Shown here: piece by piece, positions 30,673 through 37,657 of the stretch
How positions within the stretch are numbered: position 1 is the first letter of the stretch
Layout of the letters: each line of letters opens with the position of its first letter
The notes under the pieces: generated by a model
Database searches by the model: none
What the model was told of the DNA's origin: nothing
What the model saw: only the letters and a program-made list of their open reading frames with translations
Source of the DNA: Kiritimatiellia bacterium
GTDB taxonomy: Bacteria; Verrucomicrobiota; Kiritimatiellia; RFP12; UBA1067
DNA: 37,790 bases
NCBI GenBank assembly: GCA_017459225.1
Contig: JAFUDL010000137.1
Span: 1-37,790, forward strand
Direction: 5' to 3'
Translations under genes and position numbers: made by a program

Positions 30673-33162
30673 CTACGGTGCGAGGCACACATGCACCTTG
30701 GAAAGCGTGGGGCTGTGCGCGGCCTCGCGTCCGTCGACCTTCACGGTGAGCCCGCGCCCGCGGTGCCAGCGGATGGAAACATCGTGGCCGCGGTAGCAGA
30801 GGTTGTCAAGAATGAAGTAGTCCCACGTCGCGGGGCAGAGCGGATCGACCGAGAAGCCGTCCGCGCCCTCCGGCATGAAGCCGACGAGTCCCGAGATAAC
30901 CAGGTCGCAAAACGTCGAGTGGTTGTAGTCCTTGCCGCGCTCGCGGGGCTTCTGCTTGCGCTGAAGGAGGAGCGTGCGGGCGATCCAGTCCGCCGTGTCG
31001 GGATTCATGTTCTCATCGATCCAGGGCACCGTCGGGTCGAACCTGCGTCCGATGGGATTGGTGGGCGTGCGGTGCAGCTTGTGCGCGAATGCGTACTGCC
31101 ACATCAGGAACGTGAAGCGTTCGCTTTCGCCGGGCTTGCGCGCGCGGGAGTGGAGACCGTTGATGTATGCCGTGAGCGCGACTGAGGTTGCGAACGGCCA
31201 GCTCGGCCCGTTCCACTGGCACTCGTGCCCCTTGTAGGCGATCGTGAAGCCCTTCGCGCGGCGCTCTGGGAACGTGAGCCCGTATTGGGCGGCGAAGCCC
31301 TTTTCGTCGAAGAGCTGCTCCCAGTCGGGCGCGACGTCAAGCGGCATCCCAAAATACCACGGCGCGTAGCCGTGAAGCTCGCGCACCGCTGTCAAGGCTC
31401 CATCCCGATGACGCGTGGTGAAGAACTTGAGGTCGCCGTTCCAGCATTGCGCCATCAGCGCCTTGCGGACGCCCTCGGCTTTCGCCTCGAACTGCGCGGC
31501 TAGATCCGCCTTCCCGACACGGCGCGCGACGGCTGCAATGCTCTTCGCCTCGCTCCACATCGCCGAGTTGAAGAGCGGCTTCCATCCGCTGCCGCCGAGC
31601 GAGATCTCCGTGCCCTCGTGTCCGTCCAAGGACATGAACCCGCCCTTGCCGTCGCCGCCCATGATGAACTTGCCCCCCTGCTTCGGAACGCCCTTCTCCC
31701 AACGCGTATAGTAATTCACGGCGTCGTCGAGCAATGAGGCGGGCAGGTCGTCCAGGCCCGAGACTTCGGCAAGCTGACACGTCCCCGTGTAGAGCCAGCT
31801 TGAATAGCCCCACCGGTGGCCGGCGTCCTTGCCGGCGAGCCAGAAACGGGCATTGTCTGCAAGATACTGCGGATCACGCAGCCAGCGTCCTTCGCGGAAG
31901 TGGTGCCCCGCCGCGCACACGATCGTGTTGTCGGTGCCGCTCCAGCCCACCTTCGGCAGGAACTCCGTGATGCGCCATCCGCCGCGCGCGCCCTTGCGGA
32001 TGTGCTTGCGGAAGGTCCACCAGCGGAAATAGTAGGTGCGCTCGATCTCGCGATCGGGGCACGCGAAGAACGGGACGTTCTCCGCGAGGAACTTCTCGGC
32101 GGCGGCATTCGGGATGGCGTTCGTGACGGTCTCCTCGTCGCAGGCGTTGAAGCGGCGCACGTACGTCGAGAGAAGTTTCTTGGGATCTGGCAGCTTCTCG
32201 GGCGGCGCCTCGAGGTCGAGCCCCTCGTGCACGGCGCACCCCACGTACTCAGGGCCGCCGCTGCGGCCGTTGTACCACAGCATCCAGCGGTTGTTCTTCT
32301 CGTCGCGGAAGACGGACGGCTTGTAGCATGCGCTCGAATCCCAGGTGCCGGGATCGGGAATGACGAGCGGAGACTGGTCGATCACCTTCCAGTCTTTGAC
32401 GCCGTCAGGCGAGATCGCGCAGCCGATGTGGGCGGTGTCCAAATCGGGATAACCGATGAAGAACATCGCGTAGCGCCCGTCGGGCAGCTTGTGCACCTCG
32501 CAGCCCGCCACGCGGTCGCGATACCACGATTCGCGCGGGCCGTGCGTGAGCACCACGCCCTTCTTCACCCAGTTGACGCCGTCTTTCGATTCCGCGTAGC
32601 AGTTGCGGTCCGGCTCGTACGTGCCGCCGCCCGAATACCACATGCGCCAGACCTGGCGCTGCTCGTCCCACATCACGGTGGGGCACATCACGGACGGCTT
32701 CTCGTACGTCTCCGTCGCCTCAAGGACCGGCTCCTTCCTCACGCGCTCGAAGTGGACGCCGTCCTTCGACACCGCATAGCCGATTCGGCCCCTCCACTTT
32801 TCCTTCGCGCACTGGCCGGTGTACCACATGTGCCACACGCCGTCCTTCTTGACGGTGCAGGAGCGGTTGACGATATCCTCCCAGCCGCTCGCGGGGTTCT
32901 CGCGCAGGCAGATCTCCGGGCTTTGCGTCCACGTGAGCGCGTCGTTGCTCCTCACGAACGCGATGGACTTCCTCGGTCGCCACGAGAAGTACATCGTGTA
33001 AGGCGCGGGGCCGTTCGTGACGACGTTGATGTCGAAGCATGTGCCGAGTTTCTTGTTCCCGAGCACAGGCCCGTCGCCGTACTTCACCCACGGTCCCGCA
33101 AGCGCGACGCCCGTGGCCAGGACGAGCCCTGCCGAAATGACCAGTCTTTTTGCGTTCTTCAT
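30673..33162 (-). CDS. Secreted two-domain glycoside hydrolase: N-terminal five-bladed beta-propeller (GH43/GH130-like) + C-terminal (alpha/alpha)6 barrel (GH63/MGH1/trehalase-like)
   Basis: Start chosen at ATG 33162 (MKNAKRLVISAGLVLATGVALA, GAGGAATTGAGG upstream) within track ORF 30673-33261. Propeller blade signatures are repeated: VWHMWYTG, VWRMWYSGG, YAMFFIGY, RWMLWYNG. Barrel motifs: GHECQWNGPSWPFATSVALTAY and DYNHSTFCDLVISGLVGF. Confidence 0.85.
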   Translation of the reverse strand: MKNAKRLVISAGLVLATGVALAGPWVKYGDGPVLGNKKLGTCFDINVVTNGPAPYTMYFSWRPRKSIAFVRSNDALTWTQSPEICLRENPASGWEDIVNRSCTVKKDGVWHMWYTGQCAKEKWRGRIGYAVSKDGVHFERVRKEPVLEATETYEKPSVMCPTVMWDEQRQVWRMWYSGGGTYEPDRNCYAESKDGVNWVKKGVVLTHGPRESWYRDRVAGCEVHKLPDGRYAMFFIGYPDLDTAHIGCAISPDGVKDWKVIDQSPLVIPDPGTWDSSACYKPSVFRDEKNNRWMLWYNGRSGGPEYVGCAVHEGLDLEAPPEKLPDPKKLLSTYVRRFNACDEETVTNAIPNAAAEKFLAENVPFFACPDREIERTYYFRWWTFRKHIRKGARGGWRITEFLPKVGWSGTDNTIVCAAGHHFREGRWLRDPQYLADNARFWLAGKDAGHRWGYSSWLYTGTCQLAEVSGLDDLPASLLDDAVNYYTRWEKGVPKQGGKFIMGGDGKGGFMSLDGHEGTEISLGGSGWKPLFNSAMWSEAKSIAAVARRVGKADLAAQFEAKAEGVRKALMAQCWNGDLKFFTTRHRDGALTAVRELHGYAPWYFGMPLDVAPDWEQLFDEKGFAAQYGLTFPERRAKGFTIAYKGHECQWNGPSWPFATSVALTAYINGLHSRARKPGESERFTFLMWQYAFAHKLHRTPTNPIGRRFDPTVPWIDENMNPDTADWIARTLLLQRKQKPRERGKDYNHSTFCDLVISGLVGFMPEGADGFSVDPLCPATWDYFILDNLCYRGHDVSIRWHRGRGLTVKVDGREAAHSPTLSKVHVCLAP

Positions 33163-33283
33163 CCTCAATTCCTCTGTTGTAGAATCCGCGCGACCCGTTT
33201 CCCGTGCCTTCTGCGGCTCAAGCCGAACGGCCTGAACACCCGTCGCAGAACGCTCCCGCACGCTAAACTGGCCCTGCGCATTT

Positions 33284-33312
33284 ATTATGCCAAAATCAGG
33301 GCGCTGTCACAA
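33284..33312 (-). promoter_or_regulatory. Candidate promoter TTGTGA-N17-(TGg)CATAAT upstream of the two-domain GH gene
   Basis: On the minus strand, TTGTGA is at 33312-33307, followed by a 17-nt spacer and TGgCATAAT at 33292-33284. This implies a leader of about 115 nt before ATG 33162. Confidence 0.35.
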
Positions 33313-33410
33313 GGGCAAAATTTGAAACGTCCGGCATTGATTTCCGCGTCGCCAATAGAATCGCCCTTCTCCGTTGTGAGCCTGTCCACTATCCGGCGCT
33401 CGATTTTACG

Positions 33411-34550
33411 TCATACTTTCATAAACGCCTTCTTGCTTCTTAGCCAAAGCAGGAAAGCCCAGAGGATCAGGTAGAGACCGAGTCCGCTCACGACTTCTGC
33501 CCATGCGCCGCAGTGCTTGCTGATACCGGAAAGATAGAACTTCCAGACAACATGCAGGATTCCGGTCATGTGGAGCGAATAGGCGAGTATGGCGTTCTTC
33601 CCCACGGAATCGAAAATCTCCGCCCACCGTAGAAACTTGAGCACGTCGATGATGACATGGAAAAGGCACAGCATTGCGAACGAGTAGGCCGACGTGACGA
33701 GGATGAACGACGTGGTGGAGAGGTTCTTGATCACGGGATCGCCGAAGCAGCCAGCGAACAGCCAGCCGACAAGGCCGCACCCCGCCGCGTATGCGGCAAG
33801 CATGGCGGGCGTGTGCCACACAGGACGCTCCGCGCGATTTTTGAGAAACGCGCCGGCGATGATGCCAAAGAGCGCAAGGACTGTGGACGACGGTATCTGG
33901 AAGATCGACTGCGGCTCGGTTTTCCATCCCTTGATCATGTAGTTCGGATAAAGGGCCCTGTCCCAGTATCCGATGATGTTCCACTCCGGCGCGTAGGTGC
34001 TGGCACCGGCCGGAGCGTTGGGCGCGATGCTGAAATGCAGAAGCGCATAGTATCCCACAAGCAGAACCGCCGCCACGGAAACGAGCGCCCACTTCTTGCG
34101 CACGAACACATACAGCGTCGCGGCAAGTCCCCAGCTCAACGCCAGGAACTGAAGTACGCCCATCACCCTGAAATACGGTTTGAAGTTCAAGATGCCGTAG
34201 AACGACAGCCCGATAAGAAACAGGATGGCGGTCCGGATGAATATCTTCAACAGAATGCGCCACGTGGGGCGGCCCTTCGCCTCCTGCGATGCGAGGGAGA
34301 ACGGCCAAGTGACACCCATCATGAAAAGGAAGAGCGGCAGAATGGTGTCGTGCTGCGTTAACCCCTCCCACCGCACATGACGCATCTGCGCCGCGAGCCA
34401 GCCTTTGGGACTGCCAAACACCTCGCAAAATCCCAGGATCATCGCCGAGCCACCGGTGATGAAGAACATGTCAAAGCCCCTCAGCGCATCAAGCGACGCA
34501 AGCCGCTCCGTACGCGGAACTTCATTGGTTGCTGCTTCCTTACTCACCAT
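33411..34550 (-). CDS. Integral-membrane acyltransferase-like protein (DUF5009/DUF1624, heparan-alpha-glucosaminide N-acetyltransferase-like)
   Basis: 379-aa ORF. The N-terminal RLASLDALRGFDMFFITGG motif is characteristic of this family. About 10-11 hydrophobic helices are visible by eye. The alternate-frame ORF 33406-34428 is rejected. Confidence 0.8.
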   Translation of the reverse strand: MVSKEAATNEVPRTERLASLDALRGFDMFFITGGSAMILGFCEVFGSPKGWLAAQMRHVRWEGLTQHDTILPLFLFMMGVTWPFSLASQEAKGRPTWRILLKIFIRTAILFLIGLSFYGILNFKPYFRVMGVLQFLALSWGLAATLYVFVRKKWALVSVAAVLLVGYYALLHFSIAPNAPAGASTYAPEWNIIGYWDRALYPNYMIKGWKTEPQSIFQIPSSTVLALFGIIAGAFLKNRAERPVWHTPAMLAAYAAGCGLVGWLFAGCFGDPVIKNLSTTSFILVTSAYSFAMLCLFHVIIDVLKFLRWAEIFDSVGKNAILAYSLHMTGILHVVWKFYLSGISKHCGAWAEVVSGLGLYLILWAFLLWLRSKKAFMKV

Positions 34551-34618
34551 TGCTGCCTAATTTTACTCCGCCGTCTAGTGGACACAAGCATTCCAGAAGA
34601 ATGATGGATGTCTGCTGG

Positions 34619-36001
34619 TCATTGAGGTTTCTGGTAGTACTCGTCAACAAGCCTACGCTCCTCTTCGGTCAGCGCGGAAAGCGGAATCGGCGAGTCCTGC
34701 GGACGCCGCCCCTTCTGGTTGATGCGGTTGACGAGGCTCCAGTTGCGCGTGGGCTTCTTGACCGAGGCGTCCGGCGGCTCCTTAGCGGGAAGGTCGTAGC
34801 GCGTGAAGTCGATCACCTTCTCGGGCTCGTTCTTCGTCCAGTCGCGCAGCGTCGCAAGGCGGAACTTGCGGTTCATGTACCAGCGGATTTCAAGGTTCGC
34901 ATCCGAGTAGATCTTTGGCAGGCCGGTGCCTCGCTGGACGAAACGATAGTCCAGCTTGTCGTTGTTCGGGTTATCGCGCCGCCACGCCTCGCCGAACTCG
35001 CTCATCAGCGGCACGATCGCATCAGGGAATTCCTTGCGTATCTCCTTCAGCCACGTCGTCATCATGGCGGTGACCTCCGGCTTGAATTGCTTCACGAGGC
35101 AGATTTCCCAGTTGACGATGATCCAGCCGAAGCCGTTGCGCTTGAAGTTGTCGCCGAAGTGCGAGCGGACTACCGCGAGCGACTCCTTGAGCCCGTTCTC
35201 GAGACCCATCCTGGCGTACGTTTCGATGGGGCCCACACCCGTGCGGCTGTTACCGCCGAACTTGCGCGCGGAAAGGAAGTCGCACGTCCAGCCGTCGAGG
35301 TTCACGCAGTCGATGAAGTCCGCCTTCCCCTGCGCGGGCTTGCAGGCGTGCTCGCGGCTCGGGTAGTACGGATAGCTGATAGAACCGTCACCGTCGCCGT
35401 TGTCGATTCCGTACTGGCTCCAGATCGTGCCCTGCGCCACGTGTATGCCCTCCTCTTCCGCAAGGAAACGAAGATTGTCCGCCGCGAGGAATCCCGCGAC
35501 TATGCTGCGTGGACGATACCCGCCGCCGACCATCTCGCTCACGAGCTTCAGTCCGTCGTGGATGTCGCGGTTCGTCTGCGCGCGCGAGTTGTACATCGGC
35601 GCGAAGTACGCGCCGGGGATGAACGTGATCTCGTCGCCGTACTGGTGGTGGTATTCCACCACGCGCTTGCGGATGGCGACGTAGTTGGGCCGCTGATCAT
35701 GCAACGCCCGCCACGAGAACGACCACGTGACCTTCGCTTCGGGAATCGCATCCGCCACCGCCTTGCGGAACGTCTCGACGTCCTCCACGGAGTGATCGCG
35801 CGCCTCGTCCTTGCCCCTGTTGGCGTTGCGCGACACCTCGATCTGGTTCACGCGCACCACGGTGTTGATGTTGATCACCCGCTTGCCCTTGACCGGCCAG
35901 TTGGAGTTGAACTCCGCTCCGCCTGCCGCCGTTCCGGCCAACGACGGCAATACCGCCGCTACGCAGATTGACGCGAGTTTCATCAGTTTGTTAACGTTCA
36001 T
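34619..36001 (-). CDS. Secreted hypothetical protein, possibly a (beta/alpha)-barrel carbohydrate-active enzyme (DUF3863-like?); family not resolvable by eye
   Basis: Start chosen at ATG 36001 (MNVNKLMKLASICVAAVLPSLAG signal peptide, AAGGAG 11 nt upstream) within track ORF 34619-36025. Codon usage is uniform across a long ORF, and the gene sits in a cluster of CAZyme-like genes. Confidence 0.7.
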   Translation of the reverse strand: MNVNKLMKLASICVAAVLPSLAGTAAGGAEFNSNWPVKGKRVININTVVRVNQIEVSRNANRGKDEARDHSVEDVETFRKAVADAIPEAKVTWSFSWRALHDQRPNYVAIRKRVVEYHHQYGDEITFIPGAYFAPMYNSRAQTNRDIHDGLKLVSEMVGGGYRPRSIVAGFLAADNLRFLAEEEGIHVAQGTIWSQYGIDNGDGDGSISYPYYPSREHACKPAQGKADFIDCVNLDGWTCDFLSARKFGGNSRTGVGPIETYARMGLENGLKESLAVVRSHFGDNFKRNGFGWIIVNWEICLVKQFKPEVTAMMTTWLKEIRKEFPDAIVPLMSEFGEAWRRDNPNNDKLDYRFVQRGTGLPKIYSDANLEIRWYMNRKFRLATLRDWTKNEPEKVIDFTRYDLPAKEPPDASVKKPTRNWSLVNRINQKGRRPQDSPIPLSALTEEERRLVDEYYQKPQ

Positions 36002-36021
36002 TTTGGTTTGTTCTCCTTTTG

Positions 36022-36264
36022 TCATTCGAGCATTTTGGAAAGGTCGTCACGGGCGTAGTAGGACGGGCAGTCAGCATACCCCTGTGCCATGAGCGACTTT
36101 CGGAACCTTGCCAGCTGAATGGCCCTGCCGCCATTCTTTACCCCCGAATGCTGAAAAGAGAACCTGTTGAAAGACTCGCGAATCAAAAAGGTTTTGCCAA
36201 CACGTCTCCGCCCATATACGGCAACAAACTCCGAATAGTCAGATGAAAAAGCGTCAAGAAGCAC
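36022..36264 (-). pseudogene. Remnant (about 80 codons) of a second Arch_ATPase-family ATPase gene
   Basis: The GTG-initiated ORF reads VLLDAFSSDYSEFVAVYGRRRVGKTFLIRESF.. (Walker A) and stops after 80 aa. The intact paralog at 22347-23792 is 481 aa. The N-terminal leader of the family is missing. An A8 homopolymer lies at the 5' edge (T8 on the plus strand, 36266-36273). Confidence 0.6.
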
Positions 36265-36290
36265 CTTTTTTTTCCTTTTCTCTGAGGTAA

Positions 36291-36407
36291 TTGCAAAACC
36301 TCCAAAAACATCTCACGCCAAGTTCGCAAAGTACGCGAAGTTCTGTTTCATGGATGACTTTGCGAACTTAGCGGACTTTGCGTGAAACTAAAAAGCAGGT
36401 TTTGCAA
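36291..36407. repeat. 117-bp nested perfect inverted-repeat element (MITE-like, or a structured leader RNA)
   Basis: Outer arms: TTGCAAAACCT at 36291-36301 and AGGTTTTGCAA at 36397-36407 (11 bp, perfect). Inner arms: AAGTTCGCAAAGT at 36320-36332 and ACTTTGCGAACTT at 36357-36369 (13 bp, perfect). An extra ACTTTGCG lies at 36375-36382. Confidence 0.9.
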
Positions 36408-36476
36408 CTGGCTCCTCTTCCTATCATGGTCAATCCTTTCTGTAAACCCTGACTCGACTTTCGGTTTCGTGTCTAT

Positions 36477-36505
36477 ATCATATCAAAATGATGTGATTTA
36501 GACAA
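36477..36505 (-). promoter_or_regulatory. Candidate promoter TTGTCT-N17-(TGa)TATGAT reading into the palindromic element, the ATPase remnant and the CAZyme cluster
   Basis: On the minus strand, TTGTCT is at 36505-36500, followed by a 17-nt spacer and TGaTATGAT at 36485-36477. The 12-mer TTTGATATGATA is identical to the one at 22229-22240. The -35 overlaps one GATTTAGACA repeat copy. Confidence 0.35.
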
Positions 36506-36525
36506 GAAACAAATGTCAAGAAACT

Positions 36526-36702
36526 CTATTTTGCGGAAATCTGTCTAAATCTCGTTTTCAGGATCTGATTTAGACAGATTCTTGCCGTTCGCGCTGAGGT
36601 AAGCCTGCCGTCGCCATTCGGGAGCCGGCGATACGCGAATTCAAGCTCCGCCAGCGCGGCCTTGAGTTCATTGATCGCTTCTTCTTGCTTCGTGCTTTCC
36701 AT
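36526..36702 (-). CDS. Possible small ORF (58 aa), unknown function
   Basis: Below the ORF-track size cutoff. My own translation gives MESTKQEEAINELKAALAELEFAYRRLPNGDGRLTSARTARICLNQILKTRFRQISAK. The ATG at 36702 is preceded by AAAGAGAGAGAAAC, 25 nt after the stop of the upstream gene. Its 3' third is encoded by the 14-bp inverted repeat, so it may be fortuitous. Confidence 0.25.
   Translation of the reverse strand: MESTKQEEAINELKAALAELEFAYRRLPNGDGRLTSARTARICLNQILKTRFRQISAK
36538..36580. promoter_or_regulatory. Perfect 14-bp inverted repeat AATCTGTCTAAATC-N15-GATTTAGACAGATT; operator-like site or hairpin
   Basis: Arms at 36538-36551 and 36567-36580. A third half-site, GATTTAGACAA, lies at 36495-36505. 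No U-tract follows on either strand, so it is not a canonical terminator. Confidence 0.5.
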
Positions 36703-36727
36703 GTTTCTCTCTCTTTTGTCTTAACCT

Positions 36728-37249
36728 TTACCGCCCGAGTGCCTTTCGTTCGGCGGGGGTGATCACGCCCTCTTTTACTTGCTTGTCCAGATAGCTTTTG
36801 AGCGCGGCCTCGGACTTCGCGCAGAAGTCATCGCTCTCCTCCTTCGTGCAGAGCCCCTTCTCCGCGCGCTTGCGCGAACGCGCCATCGCCTTCTCCGCCC
36901 CGGCGATCGCCCGCTTCACGGCCACCGGCACGCGCGGCTCGCCGAAATCCGCCGCGATGCGCCGCCGCTCCGATTCAGGGAAGATGGAAAGAGGATAGGT
37001 GTTTGTAGTTGAAAAGTTGAAAAGTTGAAAGGTTGAAAAGTTATTGTCGCTAGTCGTTAGTCGACAGTCGTTAGTCGATAGTTGGCAGCAGTTAGTGACT
37101 ACGCCCTCGGCCAAGGAGACCTGCTTCTGGGTGAGCTTGACCGGCCAGCCCGCCACGACGTTCCCCGCGTGGTTCGTGTAGCCGGGCTGTGCGCCGGCGA
37201 TGGCGGAAAGCGCAAGGAACGAAAACGACAGAATGAATTCAACTTTCAA
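36728..37249 (-). CDS. Secreted hypothetical protein (173 aa) with an internal low-complexity segment encoded by AT-rich tandem repeats
   Basis: Signal peptide MKVEFILSFSFLALSAIAGA. The C-terminal half is charged and helical (FPESERRRIAADFGEPRVPVAVKRAIAGAEKAMARSRKRAEKG...). The start lies 12 nt downstream of the RadC-like gene stop. Confidence 0.6.
   Translation of the reverse strand: MKVEFILSFSFLALSAIAGAQPGYTNHAGNVVAGWPVKLTQKQVSLAEGVVTNCCQLSTNDCRLTTSDNNFSTFQLFNFSTTNTYPLSIFPESERRRIAADFGEPRVPVAVKRAIAGAEKAMARSRKRAEKGLCTKEESDDFCAKSEAALKSYLDKQVKEGVITPAERKALGR
37001..37100. repeat. AT-rich tandem-repeat island inside the 173-aa CDS: four GTTGAAA(A/G) units (period 8-9) plus AGTCGTTAGTCGA x2 (period 14)
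   Basis: The plus strand reads tagttgaaaagttgaaaagttgaaaggttgaaaagtt at 37006-37042. AGTCGTTAGTCGA occurs at 37052-37064 and 37066-37078. Composition contrasts sharply with the flanking GC-rich coding sequence. Confidence 0.85.
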
Positions 37250-37261
37250 TTTTTCACCCTT

Positions 37262-37657
37262 TCAGCAAAACTGCATTTCGGCAAGAGAGCAAAACCTCTC
37301 GCCGTTTCCGATTATCAGATGGTCGATGAGCTTCAGCCCCACCAGTTCAGCGCCGTCTTGAAGCCTGGCAGTCGCCGCGATGTCTGCCCTGCTCGGTGTC
37401 GGGTTCCCCGACGGATGGTTGTGCGCGACGATGATCTCCTCCGCGCCTGCTTTCAACGCTTCCCGGAAAATCGCGCCCGCGTCAATTGCAACAGTTCCAT
37501 CAACGTGCCCCACAGCAACGAGAATCGGCTTGGCAAGAACCCTGCCCTGCGCATCAAGCGGCAGCACGAACACTCGCTCTTCCTTCTGCTCTTTGGGCAA
37601 CACCGCGCGAATCATCGCGGCGGCGTCAGCGGGAGTTTGGACGACTATGCAATTCAT
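37262..37657 (-). CDS. RadC-like JAB/MPN domain protein (UPF0758 family)
   Basis: 131-aa ORF with the JAMM-type motif IIVAHNHPSGNPTPSRADI, followed by LVGLKLIDHLIIG. It is short, lacking the N-terminal HhH region of canonical RadC. Confidence 0.9.
   Translation of the reverse strand: MNCIVVQTPADAAAMIRAVLPKEQKEERVFVLPLDAQGRVLAKPILVAVGHVDGTVAIDAGAIFREALKAGAEEIIVAHNHPSGNPTPSRADIAATARLQDGAELVGLKLIDHLIIGNGERFCSLAEMQFC

Noticed and set aside
10643-35971. Other long antisense or alternate-frame ORFs: 10643-11635, 12560-13876, 15023-15910, 17151-18617, 19687-20985 (same strand, wrong frame), 20301-21233, 24360-25103, 24994-26694, 28758-29528, 31816-33474, 33406-34428, 33657-34361, 34529-35971
   Set aside because: Each is nested in, or antisense to, a much longer ORF with recognisable domains. 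Their compositions are Arg/Ala/Gly/Pro-biased, without motifs, signal peptides or plausible starts.
36408-36470. 19-codon mini-ORF (MIGRGASCKTCFLVSRKVR) starting at 36427 and reading into the palindromic element, as a leader peptide
   Set aside because: It has no SD, and its sequence is dictated by the palindrome. It is better explained as the displaced start of the decayed ATPase gene.
37001-37100. Tandem repeats here, and at 6114-6147 and 30587-30616, considered as a CRISPR array
   Set aside because: The units are 8-17 bp with no spacers of unique sequence, there are only 2-4 copies, and no cas genes are present. They are not CRISPR.
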